Shown: positions 49,261 through 58,723, counted from the stretch's first letter. The stretch: 64,000 nucleotides of DNA from an uncultured Acidobacteriota bacterium (GCA_963792575.1 CAWBWZ010000010.1:136359-200358); one strand, 5' to 3'. Numbers and translations are program-made. Notes: a model not told the origin generated them from the sequence alone.

Positions 49261-50537
49261 CTTTCGGCGACCTCCCCCCCGAGATCGTCGTCCCGCCGCC
49301 CGGGCCGCGCTCGCGCGAGCTGTCGGCCGCCCTCGGACGGTTCGAGGCTCCCGGGATCAATACGCTCGCCGGTGGCGAGCCCGCCATCCTCTGGGAGGAG
49401 GCGCGGGGCGCCAACGTCCGCGACGTCGACGGCAACCTCTATATCGACCTCACCTCGGGCTTCGGCGTCGCGGCGGTCGGCCATCGCCATCCGCGGGTGG
49501 TGGCGGCGGTGCGCGAGCAGGCCGGCAAGCTCCTCCACGCCCTGGGGGACGTCATGGCCCATCCGCTGCGCGTCGAGCTCGCGCGGCGGCTGGTGGAGAT
49601 CGCGCCGGTCGACGAGCCGCAGGTCTTCTTCGCGATCTCCGGCGCCGAGGCGGTCGAGATCGCCCTGAAGACCGCCCTGGGCGCCACCGGCAGGCCGGGC
49701 ATCCTCGCCTTCGAGCCCTCCTACCACGGCACGACGCTCGGGGCGCTCAACGTCACCTCGCGGGAGGAGTTCCGCGCCCCCTTCGCCGCCCATCTCCACG
49801 GCCACGTCCGGCGGCTCCCTTTCGGGGGCGATCTGGCGCGGGTGGAGGAGGTGCTGGCGGGCGGCGAAATCGGTGCCGCGATCGTCGAGCCGATCGTCGG
49901 CCGCGAGGGGGTGCTGATCCCTCCCGCCGGCTGGCTCTCCGGGCTCGCGGAGATCTGCCGGAAGCACGGAACGCTGCTGATCGCGGACGAGATCTTCACC
50001 GGCTTCGGACGCACGGGGTCCCTCTTCGCCGTCGAGCAGGAAGGGGTGCGGCCGGACATCCTCTGCTGCGGCAAGGCGCTGGGAGGCGGATTGCCGATCG
50101 CCGCGGTGATCGCCCGCCGCGAGCTCTTCCGCTGCTGGGAGACTTCGGGCGAGGCGCGCCACACCGCCACCTTCCTCGCCAACCCGCTCGCCTGCGCCGC
50201 CGCTCTCGCCGCGCTGGACGTCCTGCGGGAAGAGGACCTCGCCGCGCGAGCCGCCCGCGTCGGCGGCATCCTCGGCCGGCGCCTCGCCACCTGGCCAGAG
50301 CGCTTCCCCGCCGTCGAGGAGGTCCGCGGCCGGGGGCTCCTCTGGGGGGTTCAGTTCCGCACCAAGGAGGTCGCCAAGAAGTGGATGCTCGCCGCCTGGT
50401 CGCGCGGCGTCCTGATCCTCGCCGGCGGGCCGGAAGGGCGAGTCGCGCAGTTCGTGCCGCCGCTGACGGTAAACGAGGAGCAGCTGGAGGAGGCGATCAG
50501 GATCCTGGAGGAATCCCTGGCGGTCGGGAAACCGTAG
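49257..50537 (+). CDS. class III (PLP-dependent) aminotransferase, acetylornithine/GABA aminotransferase family
   Basis: LTSGFGVAAVGHRHPRVV...LIADEIFTGFGRTGSLFA...CCGKALGGG. The GTG start overlaps the recR stop. Confidence 0.75.
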   Translation: MTFGDLPPEIVVPPPGPRSRELSAALGRFEAPGINTLAGGEPAILWEEARGANVRDVDGNLYIDLTSGFGVAAVGHRHPRVVAAVREQAGKLLHALGDVMAHPLRVELARRLVEIAPVDEPQVFFAISGAEAVEIALKTALGATGRPGILAFEPSYHGTTLGALNVTSREEFRAPFAAHLHGHVRRLPFGGDLARVEEVLAGGEIGAAIVEPIVGREGVLIPPAGWLSGLAEICRKHGTLLIADEIFTGFGRTGSLFAVEQEGVRPDILCCGKALGGGLPIAAVIARRELFRCWETSGEARHTATFLANPLACAAALAALDVLREEDLAARAARVGGILGRRLATWPERFPAVEEVRGRGLLWGVQFRTKEVAKKWMLAAWSRGVLILAGGPEGRVAQFVPPLTVNEEQLEEAIRILEESLAVGKP

Positions 50538-50659
50538 CGCGGCGGAAATCTGCGTCCCCAGGTCTCCGTTTGCTTTGGAAACCGGCCATGAGGCCCGCCG
50601 CCGCCATTCTTCTCAGGATGGCCGTCGCTTTCACCGTCCGGAAGGCTTTTTTGGCTGGA

Positions 50660-50840
50660 TAACGCCGTTTTTCGTTGGATGGCGCCTTCCTTTAGCTGGA
50701 TAGGTGGCCGGCTTTCTTCCGGGCGGCCCATCCTGACGCTTCAGGTGTCCATCCTTCCATCCACGCCGCCATCTTTGCGAGACGGCGGGCCATCTTGCGA
50801 TCCTCAGCCTCCATCTTCGTTCCGGAGAGCTCATTTTTCT
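50660..50840. promoter_or_regulatory. cluster of about 7 TGGAT(A/G)(A/G) / (C/T)(C/T)ATCCA motifs (partial DnaA-box-like) in a 340-bp intergenic region
   Basis: GCTGGATAACGCC, GTTGGATGGCGCC and GCTGGATAGGTGGCC occur as direct repeats 23-24 bp apart. They are followed by the inverted-orientation CCCATCCTG, GTCCATCCTTCCATCCACG and CCATCTT. Confidence 0.3.
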
Positions 50841-50878
50841 TTGCGCGGGCTCGGCCGCCGATATACTGCGAGCCGGTC

Positions 50879-51454
50879 ATGCTCCGCACCTCCCGCTTCA
50901 AGATCGCCTTCATCGGCAGCCACGGCGTGGGAAAGACCACGCTCTGCTACGGGCTGGCGGCGCGGTTGAAGCGGCGGGACGTGGCGATCGAGGTGGTTCA
51001 CGAGGTGGCGCGGCGGTGCCCGCTGCCGATCAACGAGGAGACGTCGGTGGCGGCGCAGTCGTGGATCCTCCATACGCAGATCGCCGAGGAGCTGGTCGCC
51101 CAGACGCGGTATCCGGTCGTGGTCTGCGACCGCAGCGTCCTCGACAACTACGTCTACCTCCTCCTCGCCGCCGGCCGGCAGGATGGGCCGGAGCGGCTGG
51201 TCGAGTACTGGCTCCAGGGGTATGACCTGCTGGTCCACGTCCCGATCGTCGAATCCCTGAGCCCGGACGGCGTCCGCTCCTCCGATCCCGGGTTCCAGCG
51301 CGCCGTCGAGGAGCGCTTGGTCCAGGAGGTCGCCGAGCGGCGGCTCCCCGTGCTGCAGCTCGACCCCGGGGCGCGGCAGGACTGGCTGGACACGGTCGAG
51401 CGCGCCGCCTGGGAGCGGCTGAGGCCGGCCCAGCTCCCGCTGCCATCCGTATAG
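50879..51454 (+). CDS. P-loop NTPase, AAA_28/NadR-like ATPase domain protein
   Basis: KIAFIGSHGVGKTTL Walker A and hhhhDR Walker B (VVVCDRS). Confidence 0.5.
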   Translation: MLRTSRFKIAFIGSHGVGKTTLCYGLAARLKRRDVAIEVVHEVARRCPLPINEETSVAAQSWILHTQIAEELVAQTRYPVVVCDRSVLDNYVYLLLAAGRQDGPERLVEYWLQGYDLLVHVPIVESLSPDGVRSSDPGFQRAVEERLVQEVAERRLPVLQLDPGARQDWLDTVERAAWERLRPAQLPLPSV

Positions 51455-51502
51455 CTGCCTTCCTTATAGAAAGCGCCCGACTGCGGCTACAATAGGCGCA
51501 CC

Positions 51503-52507
51503 TTGGGAATTGAGAACCTTCTTCGCCGGTGGGAGATCTTCGCCCACTTCACGGACGAGCAGCTTGCCCAGCTCGCCCAGTGCGCCACGCGCAACCGTTT
51601 CCCGGCCGGCGCCATGATCGTCAAGGAGGGGGAGGAGACGCAGGACGCCTACCTCATCGAGAGCGGCGGCGTGCGCATCCAGCGCAAGACCCCCTACGGC
51701 CACTTCAGCCTCGCGGCCCTGGAAGCGGGCACCCTGTTCGGCGAGACCTCCTTCGTCGACCGCGTGCCCCGTTCGGGGGACGCGGTGACGACGATGGAGA
51801 CAGAGCTGATCGGGCTCAATCCGATGGCGCTCTCGACCCTCATGGAGCGCGACCCGCGCTTCAAGCTGGCCCTCTACTGGGCGTTCTGGAAGAGCCTGTC
51901 GGCCAAGCTCCGGCAGACCAACGCCAACCTCACCCAGTTCTTCTCGGAGACCGGCAAGCCCCCCGACGCCGAGCCCGCCTCCGGCGACGAGCGGACGGCC
52001 GAGTTCCGCGTCGACCTCGCCTCCAAGCGCAAGCTGTTCCAGGAGCAGAAGCTCTCCAGCATGGAGATCAACTTCCTCTCCTCCCTCTCGAAGGAGCGGA
52101 AGTACGGTCCCCTTCAGGTGATCTTCCGCGAGGGGGAGATGGGCAACGAGATGTACGTGGTGCTCGAGGGGCGGGTGATGATCAGCAAGTTCATCCCCGG
52201 CGCCGGCGAGGAGGCTCTCGCCTTCCTCGAGCGCGGCGGCTACTTCGGCGAGATGGCGCTGATCGACAACGCGGCCCGCTCGGCCGACGCCAAGGCCCAC
52301 GAGGGGGGCGCCGTGGTGCTGGTGATCTCCCGCGAGGTGCTCGAGGGGATCCTCGACATCAACAAGCTGTCGTCGATCCGGCTGCTGACCATCCTCTGCA
52401 ACCTGGTGGCGAGCCGCCTGCGCGAGCTGGACGAGAAGATCATCGGCTGGTTCATCATCGCCGGCGGCTCGGGGATCTCCTGGCCGGTGCCGCCGCCGAT
52501 GGCCTAG
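51503..52507 (+). CDS. tandem cyclic-nucleotide-binding (cNMP) domain protein
   Basis: Two CAP-family cNMP folds, each with the GE..L.....R.A signature (FGETSFVDRVPRSGDAVT and FGEMALIDNAARSADAKA). Confidence 0.65.
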   Translation: MGIENLLRRWEIFAHFTDEQLAQLAQCATRNRFPAGAMIVKEGEETQDAYLIESGGVRIQRKTPYGHFSLAALEAGTLFGETSFVDRVPRSGDAVTTMETELIGLNPMALSTLMERDPRFKLALYWAFWKSLSAKLRQTNANLTQFFSETGKPPDAEPASGDERTAEFRVDLASKRKLFQEQKLSSMEINFLSSLSKERKYGPLQVIFREGEMGNEMYVVLEGRVMISKFIPGAGEEALAFLERGGYFGEMALIDNAARSADAKAHEGGAVVLVISREVLEGILDINKLSSIRLLTILCNLVASRLRELDEKIIGWFIIAGGSGISWPVPPPMA

Positions 52508-53573
52508 CCGGCCCGGTCAATCCCGAAGCTTCCAGCGCTCCCAGCACCTTCCCCACCAGCGACGACAGCGGCAGTTTGGCGCGCCCGGCTTCGTCGAAGA
52601 AGCCGGCGGCCATCCCCTCGCGCACTTCCCCACCCCAGGCGAGCTCCGCGCGGTGGACGTCGATCTCCAGATCGCGGTAGGTGATGCCGTGCCGCGCCCC
52701 GGCGATCCGCGGGCCCACGGTCCAGCGGCCGCCGTAGAGCTCGGCCAGGGCGGACTCAGGATCCCCGGGCTCGGGCACGCCGTTCCGCTCGCGGGTGGTC
52801 CATGGGAGCTCCCAGGTGCCGGCGAGGAGGGTGCTGTCCTCGGGGCGGCGGAAGAGGAGCACGCCGGACCCCTCCTCGACCACCGCCACCAGGAGCCGGT
52901 GCCGCTCCCCTTCGCGCTTCACCTTCGGGATCGGATACCGCTCGGGATCCCCCTCGCGCGCCGCCCGGCAGCCGGGGCGCAGGGGACAGAGCAGGCACTT
53001 GGGACGGCGCGGCGAGCAGAGGGTCGCCCCGAGCTCCATCAGGGCCTGGTTGCTGTCGCCGGGGCGGGCCGGATCGAGCAGCTCGGCCGCGGCGGCGAGG
53101 AGCTGGCGGCGCGCGCCGCTCGCTCGCGGGTCCTCGTCCAGGGCGAGACAGCGCGAGAGGACCCGCTCGACGTTGCCGTCCATCACCGGCGCGGCGACCC
53201 CGAAGGCGATGCTCGCCACCGCCGCCGCCGTGTAGGCGCCGATGCCCGGGAGCGCCAGCAACCCCTCGACGGTCGACGGGAACGCCTCCATCCCGGCGAT
53301 CTGGCGGGCGGCCGCGTGGAGCTGGCGCGCCCGCCGGTAGTAGCCGAGCCCGGACCAGAGGGTCAGCACTTCCTCGACCTCGGCCCGCGCCAGATCTCCC
53401 ACGCTGGGAAATCTTTCCAGGAACCGCTTGTAAAAAGGGAGTACTGTCTCTACCCGGGTCTGCTGAAGCATGACCTCGGAGAGCCAGATCTTGTAGGGAT
53501 CGCTCGTTCGCCGCCAGGGGAGGTCCCGGCGGTGCTGGTCGAACCAGGTCAGGAGGTCTTCGGCGCGCCGCAT
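52455..53573 (-). CDS. mutY: A/G-specific adenine DNA glycosylase MutY
   Basis: HhH-GPD with LPGIGAYTAAAVASIAFG, the 4Fe-4S cluster CxxxxxxCxxCxxxxxC (CSPRRPKCLLCPLRPGC) and a NUDIX-like C-terminal domain. Confidence 0.8.
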   Translation of the reverse strand: MRRAEDLLTWFDQHRRDLPWRRTSDPYKIWLSEVMLQQTRVETVLPFYKRFLERFPSVGDLARAEVEEVLTLWSGLGYYRRARQLHAAARQIAGMEAFPSTVEGLLALPGIGAYTAAAVASIAFGVAAPVMDGNVERVLSRCLALDEDPRASGARRQLLAAAAELLDPARPGDSNQALMELGATLCSPRRPKCLLCPLRPGCRAAREGDPERYPIPKVKREGERHRLLVAVVEEGSGVLLFRRPEDSTLLAGTWELPWTTRERNGVPEPGDPESALAELYGGRWTVGPRIAGARHGITYRDLEIDVHRAELAWGGEVREGMAAGFFDEAGRAKLPLSSLVGKVLGALEASGLTGPARPSAAAPARRSPSRRR

Positions 53574-53621
53574 CGCGTCATTCTAGACATGTACAACAGC
53601 CAATTTGGCAGACCAGGCGCC

Positions 53622-53655
53622 GAAAAAGAAAAAGCTCCCAGCTTTCGCTGGGAGC
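53622..53655 (-). terminator. strong intrinsic terminator on the minus strand, just upstream of the mutY start with no annotated gene feeding it
   Basis: Minus strand reads GCTCCCAGC-GAAAG-CTGGGAGC-TTTTTCTTTTT. Confidence 0.5.
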
Positions 53656-54180
53656 CCCCTCCTTCCCGAGGGAAGGAGGAAGTAGGGGGGGAGGCCCCAT
53701 CTCTCCGGGTTGGCTATTGTGGCTGTACCCCTGTATTTAGGGGATTATGGTTGGAGTCAAAGAGGTTGAGACCACTGAGGATCTCGTAAACAGGTAGGGT
53801 AGGTTAGGTTGGTCTGGAACTCTCCCCCTCGTCATTTCCTGTCTCTTATTGTCTGCAACAGTCGTGCCCGGCTTGGCATTCCGCTCCGGGACGGCCACTT
53901 GCTTCCTCAAGAACGTTGGGAGAGGCCGGTTCCCCTCACCCCTCTGCAGCCTAAAAACTCCCCATAAAAAGAGAGGCCCCCTGGCGCTTGGCCGGAGGGC
54001 TTAAGGGGGGAGGTTCCTGTTTCGGGTTGGGTTGGGTGGCTCTACCCCTGATCAGGGGATCAAGGTGGGGCTTTTTGAGGATGAGATCGCGTTAGGATCT
54101 CTAAAAGGATGGGATATAGGTTGGCTGGATGAAACGTCCCCCTCGGTTCCGACTAATTTGTACCCTGCTTTGTCTGCAAG
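53650..54180. repeat. two diverged (~65-70 percent) direct copies of a ~170-bp non-coding element (53660-53840 and 54000-54180) in a 780-bp lower-GC intergenic region
   Basis: Conserved blocks: TAGGGGGGGAGG; CGGGTTGG; GGCT(G/C)TACCCCTG(T)AT...AGGGGAT; AGG(A)T(A)GGG(A)TAGGTTGG(T)CTGGA; CTCCCCCTCG; TTGTCTGCAA. Copy 1 carries a stop where copy 2 has an ORF, so conservation is at the DNA/RNA level. Confidence 0.45.
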
Positions 54181-54352
54181 CCATATGCCAGAGAGAGCCC
54201 GATGCCCGGGAGCCCATGAAATACGCTTTTAAGCGAAGCTCCCCCTGAATGCCGGGCCGGGACCCTCGGCCAATCCTTCTCATTCGTACAAATGCATTCC
54301 TCCGAGTTAGGCATTTCTACATAGGGTCGTCCGCTCCAAGAGGAGATGGGAG

Positions 54353-54847
54353 ATGTCAGAGTTTCGGGAAGTCCGGACTGTCGGCTGGAAGGAGCACCTC
54401 GATCTTCCCGAGCTGGGGATCGTCCGCATGAAGGCCAAGGTGGACACCGGGGCCCGCACCTCGACGCTGCACGTCGATTCCATCCGGCTGCTGGAGGTGC
54501 TCGCGGACGGCTCCGAGCGGGTGGAGCTCGACTTTCGTCCCGACCGCCGCCGGCCGGACTGGCGGGTCCAGGCTGAGGCGCGGGTGCTGCGGCGGATGCG
54601 TGTCGTCGACTCGGGCGGACACCCCGAGGTGCGGCCGGTGATCGAGACGGAGATGGTGCTCGGGCCGGTGCGCAAGAAGATCCTGCTCACGCTGACCAAC
54701 CGCTCCGGCATGCTGTTTCGTATGATCCTCGGCCGGAAGGCCCTGGAGGGGGACTTCCGGGTGGACGTCGCCGGCAAGTACCTGCTTCGCGAATGGCACC
54801 CCCGGAGGTCGCGCAGGACGCACGGGCGAGAGGCGGAGAACCGATGA
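54353..54847 (+). CDS. RimK-associated retropepsin-like aspartic protease (DUF785/ATP-dependent zinc protease family)
   Basis: KAKVDTGARTSTLHV carries the D-T/S-G aspartyl-protease motif. Its position immediately upstream of rimK is typical. Confidence 0.6.
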   Translation: MSEFREVRTVGWKEHLDLPELGIVRMKAKVDTGARTSTLHVDSIRLLEVLADGSERVELDFRPDRRRPDWRVQAEARVLRRMRVVDSGGHPEVRPVIETEMVLGPVRKKILLTLTNRSGMLFRMILGRKALEGDFRVDVAGKYLLREWHPRRSRRTHGREAENR

Positions 54848-55749
54848 AGATTGCCATCCTGTCGCGCAAGGCGACGCTGTATTCGACCTCGCGCCTGATC
54901 GAGGCCTGCCGCCAGCGGGGCGCCGACGTGACGGTGCTCGACCCGCTGCAGTGCGTGGTCAAGGTGTCGAAGAAGCGGCCGGAAGTCTTCCATGACGGCG
55001 AGCGGGTGACCGGCATGGACGGGGTGGTGCCGCGCATCGGTGCCTCGATCACCTTCTACGGCCTCGCCGTGCTGCGGCAGTTCGAGATGATGGGGGTCTT
55101 CCCCGCCAACGAGAGTCAGGCGATCTCGCGCAGCCGCGACAAGCTGCGCAGCCTGCAGCTCCTCTCGCGCTACGACATCGGCATTCCGCCCACCGCCTTC
55201 GCCCGCCGCCGCGAGGATGTGCGCTCGGCCATCCGCCGGGTCGGCGGCGCGCCGGTCATCCTCAAGCTGCTGGAGGGGACGCAGGGGATGGGCGTCATTC
55301 TGGCGGAGTCGGCCAAATCGGCCGAGTCGGTGCTCGACGCCATGAGCTCGCTGGGGCAGAACATCCTCATCCAGGCCTTCATCGCGGAGGCTCACGGCAC
55401 CGACTACCGCGCCATCGTCATCGGCGGCAAGGTGGTGGCGGCGATGGCGCGCCAGGCCGGCGAGGGGGAGTTCCGCAGCAATCTCCACCGCGGCGGCACC
55501 GCCACCGGCGTCGAGCTCGAGGAGTCCTACGTCCAGACGGCGATCCACGCCGCCGAGGTGCTCGGCCTCAACATCGCCGGGGTGGACATGATCCCTTCCA
55601 AGGACGGCCCGATGGTGCTGGAGGTCAACAGCTCCCCCGGCCTGGAAGGGATCGAAGGGGCGACCGGCGTCGACGTCGCCGGCGCCATGATCGGCTTCGT
55701 CCTCGAGCGCGCGCCGCAAGGGCACCCGCGCACCCAGGGCCGTGGATGA
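54844..55749 (+). CDS. rimK: RimK-family alpha-L-glutamate ligase (ATP-grasp)
   Basis: MKIAILSRKATLYSTSRLIEACRQRG...PVILKLLEGTQGMGV...DYRAIVIGGKVVAAM...GVDMIPSKDGPMVLEVNSSPGLEGIE. Confidence 0.8.
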   Translation: MKIAILSRKATLYSTSRLIEACRQRGADVTVLDPLQCVVKVSKKRPEVFHDGERVTGMDGVVPRIGASITFYGLAVLRQFEMMGVFPANESQAISRSRDKLRSLQLLSRYDIGIPPTAFARRREDVRSAIRRVGGAPVILKLLEGTQGMGVILAESAKSAESVLDAMSSLGQNILIQAFIAEAHGTDYRAIVIGGKVVAAMARQAGEGEFRSNLHRGGTATGVELEESYVQTAIHAAEVLGLNIAGVDMIPSKDGPMVLEVNSSPGLEGIEGATGVDVAGAMIGFVLERAPQGHPRTQGRG

Positions 55750-56797
55750 CCGGGAAGAGATGATGCCGGCGCGCGAGCCGCTCTCCTTCGCCGGCACCCC
55801 CGTCGCCCTCGGCGAGACGGCCGAGCTGCGGCTGCGGGTGGCCGAGTCCTACGCCGCCGAGCCGGTGGCCGTGCCGGTGACGGTCGTCCGCGGCGCGCCC
55901 GGTCCCACCCTGTTCGTCACCGCCACGGTCCACGGCGACGAGCTCAACGGCGTCGGCATCCTGCGCGGCCTGCTCAACGACACCGACTTCAGCGCCCTGA
56001 AGGGAACGCTGATCGCCGTGCCGGTCGTCAACGTCCCCGGCTTCCTCAACCAGGACCGCCGCCTCCCCGACCGCCGCGACCTCAACCGGAGCTTCCCCGG
56101 CAGCCGCAAGGGGTCGCTCACCGCCCGGCTGGCCGACGTCCTCTTCCGCGAGGTGATCCGCCAGAGCGACTTCGGGCTCGACCTGCACACCGCCGGCGGA
56201 GAGCGCACCAACTATCCGCAGATCCGTGCCGATCTGACCAACCCCGCCGTGGTGGAGCTCGCCGGGGCGTTCGGCTGCCCGCTGATCGTCGACGGCGCCG
56301 GCCCCGAGGGGTCGCTGCGGCAGACGGCGGTGGCGGCGGGGGTGCCGACTGTGGTCTACGAGGCGGGGAGCGCCCGCCGCTTCGAACGGCCGTTCATCGA
56401 GGTCGGCATCCAGGGGGTGCTCAACGTCCTGCGCCACCTGAAGATGATGCCGGGGGAGCCCGCCTCGCCGCCGCTGCAGCTGTGGATCGAGCGCACCCGC
56501 TGGATCCGCTCCCGCAAGGGGGGGATCCTCGAGCTCAAGGTGGATCTCGGGGCGCCGCTGCGCCGCGGGCAGGCGATCTCGACCAACAGCAACCCCTTCG
56601 GCCGCGAGCGTAGCGTGCTCAAGGCGCCCTGCGCGGGGATCGTCCTCGGCCTCACCCAGCTCCCTCTCGTCCACCCCGGCGACGCGATCTGCCACGTCGC
56701 CCGCGTCGACCCCCAGGAGATGGACGCCTGGCAGGCTTATTGGGAAATGACCAGGAAACTGCCGGGAAGAAGACAAGCGGATAGGATGCCGCCATGA
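55742..56797 (+). CDS. succinylglutamate desuccinylase/aspartoacylase (AstE/AspA, M14-like deacylase) family protein
   Basis: FVTATVHGDELNGV zinc-binding H..E motif, then LDLHTAGGE. The start is either GTG 55742 or ATG 55760. Confidence 0.65.
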   Translation: MDDREEMMPAREPLSFAGTPVALGETAELRLRVAESYAAEPVAVPVTVVRGAPGPTLFVTATVHGDELNGVGILRGLLNDTDFSALKGTLIAVPVVNVPGFLNQDRRLPDRRDLNRSFPGSRKGSLTARLADVLFREVIRQSDFGLDLHTAGGERTNYPQIRADLTNPAVVELAGAFGCPLIVDGAGPEGSLRQTAVAAGVPTVVYEAGSARRFERPFIEVGIQGVLNVLRHLKMMPGEPASPPLQLWIERTRWIRSRKGGILELKVDLGAPLRRGQAISTNSNPFGRERSVLKAPCAGIVLGLTQLPLVHPGDAICHVARVDPQEMDAWQAYWEMTRKLPGRRQADRMPP

Positions 56798-58509
56798 AGA
56801 AGCTGCTCCTGATCTTCCTGTTCCTGCTCGGCGTGGCGGTGCTGGCGACCGTCGCCGGCATCCTGATGGGCGGGAAGGGGAGCGCCGTGGGCGAGGGCCC
56901 GACAGTCCTCGTCTGGCGCCTCGCCGGACCGGTGCTGGAGCAGCGGGCGCCGCGCCTCCCCTTCAGCGACGACGCGGCGCCGGTCAGCATCGCCGAGCTC
57001 TACCCGGCGCTGCGCGCCGCCCGCCAGGACTCCGGCGTGCGCGGCCTCGCCGTCTACATCCAGGAAGCCGATCTCGGCCTCGCCAAGGCCCAGGAGCTGC
57101 GCCGCCAGATGATGGCCCTGCGGCGGGCCGGCAAGTTCGTCGAGTGCTACCTGGAGACCGCGGGCGAGGGGTCGAACGGCACCCTCGCCTACTACCTCGC
57201 GACCGCCTGCGAGAAGATCTACCTCGCCCCCGCGGGGGACCTCAACCTGCTCGGGCTCTACTCCGAGAGCCGGTTCCTGCGCGGCGCGCTCGACAAGCTC
57301 AAGATCGACCCGAACTTCAACCGCGTCGGCCGCTACAAGAGCGCCGTCGAGTCCTACACCGAGAACCAGTACAGCCCCGAGGCCGAGGAGGCGATCGCCG
57401 CGGTGCTCGACGGCTACTTCGCGCAGATCGTCGCCGCGATCGCCGAGGCGCGCCACAAGAGCGGCGCCGAGGTGCGGGCGCTGATCGACGGCGCCCCCTG
57501 GTCGGCCGAGGAGGCGCTGGCGCGCGGCCTGGTCGACCGGCTCTCCTACCCGGACGAGTTCAAGGACCACCTGGAGAAGCGCGCCGGGCGCAAGCCGTCC
57601 TACGTCGCCGTCGAGGACTATCAGCCCCGTCCGGTCCTCGCCGGCAAGCGGGTGGCCATCGTCTTCGCCCTCGGCACCATCGTCCGCGGCGACGGCGGCT
57701 CGGCCCCCTGGACGCAGGAGACCTACCTCGGCTCGGACGACTTCGCGGACGTGCTGCACGACGTCCGCGACGACCGCTCGATCGCCGCGGTCGTCCTGCG
57801 TATCGACAGCCCCGGCGGCTCAGCTCTGGCCTCCGACTTCATGCTGCGCGAGATCGAGAAGCTCAAGGAGAAGAAGCCGGTCGTGGTCTCGATGTCCGAC
57901 GAGGCCGCCTCGGGCGGCTACTACATCGCCGCCAAGGCCAGCAAGATCGTGGCGGAGCCGGCCACCCTGACCGGTTCGATCGGCATCTTCGGCGGCAAGT
58001 TCGTCACCCGCCGCTTCGAGGAGGAGATCCTCGGGATTGGCCACGCCATCCAGAAGCGGGGAGCCAACGCCGACATCTACTCCTCTCTCCAGCCCTATAC
58101 GCCGCAGCAGGAGGCGCGGATCCAGCAGCTGATGGACCACACCTACCAGACCTTCATCGGCCACGTCGCCACCGGCCGCAGGATGAGCCGTTCGGCCGTC
58201 GAGGGGATCGCCAGCGGCCGGGTCTGGACCGGCGCCGCGGCCCAGAAGATCGGGCTGGTGGACGAGCTCGGCGGGCTCGACCGCGCCGTCGAGATCGCCC
58301 GCCAGCAGGCGCGGATCGGCGCCGGCGAGACGGTCGGCCTCGACTTCTACCCCTCGCCGCCGTCGTGGCTCGACCTCTTCCTGGAGAAACGGCAGCCACG
58401 CCTCCCGACAGCTCTGGCGGAGGTTGTCAAGAGGCTTGAAACCTCCCCTCCCAGGCTGCTGGAACTGCCGCTGGAAGTGTCCAGAATCGCCCGCCCCTTT
58501 CAACCCTAA
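56794..58509 (+). CDS. sppA: signal peptide peptidase SppA, 67K type (S49)
   Basis: N-terminal TM, then two S49 domains with catalytic-Ser context SMSDEAASGGYYIA. Confidence 0.8.
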   Translation: MKKLLLIFLFLLGVAVLATVAGILMGGKGSAVGEGPTVLVWRLAGPVLEQRAPRLPFSDDAAPVSIAELYPALRAARQDSGVRGLAVYIQEADLGLAKAQELRRQMMALRRAGKFVECYLETAGEGSNGTLAYYLATACEKIYLAPAGDLNLLGLYSESRFLRGALDKLKIDPNFNRVGRYKSAVESYTENQYSPEAEEAIAAVLDGYFAQIVAAIAEARHKSGAEVRALIDGAPWSAEEALARGLVDRLSYPDEFKDHLEKRAGRKPSYVAVEDYQPRPVLAGKRVAIVFALGTIVRGDGGSAPWTQETYLGSDDFADVLHDVRDDRSIAAVVLRIDSPGGSALASDFMLREIEKLKEKKPVVVSMSDEAASGGYYIAAKASKIVAEPATLTGSIGIFGGKFVTRRFEEEILGIGHAIQKRGANADIYSSLQPYTPQQEARIQQLMDHTYQTFIGHVATGRRMSRSAVEGIASGRVWTGAAAQKIGLVDELGGLDRAVEIARQQARIGAGETVGLDFYPSPPSWLDLFLEKRQPRLPTALAEVVKRLETSPPRLLELPLEVSRIARPFQP

Positions 58510-58576
58510 TTGTGGTCGTAAATCATTGATTTTTATAAGCTTGCAGAACTTTTCAAAGATTGGTCCCAGGGGGCTT

Positions 58577-58605
58577 GCGGGCGGTCGTGGCTGTGCTATG
58601 ATCTC
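58577..58605 (+). promoter_or_regulatory. candidate dnaA promoter TTGCGG-N16-TATGAT
   Basis: It sits upstream of the DnaA-box cluster and dnaA. Confidence 0.35.
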
Positions 58606-58657
58606 TCAGGTCGCAGTCACCTAAGCCGCTTCAGAAACAATCCTCTTCAAGGCAAGG

Positions 58658-58689
58658 ATTTCCACAGCCTGTGGAAATTGTGTGGAAAA
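58658..58689. promoter_or_regulatory. three DnaA-box-like 9-mers (ATTTCCACA; TGTGGAAAT; TGTGGAAAA) immediately upstream of dnaA
   Basis: Consensus is TTATCCACA, with 7-8/9 matches in alternating orientation within 32 bp. Interpreted as an autoregulatory/incA-like cluster. Confidence 0.5.
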
Positions 58690-58723
58690 AATAGTCTGAT
58701 TATCGTTCGTTGTTAGAGGTCTC

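Noticed and set aside
53574-54352. RNase P RNA or 6S RNA in the mutY upstream region
   Set aside because: No P4 motifs (AGGAAAGTCCGG / ACAGAACCCGGCTTA) were seen on either strand, and no 6S-like central bubble architecture was evident by eye.
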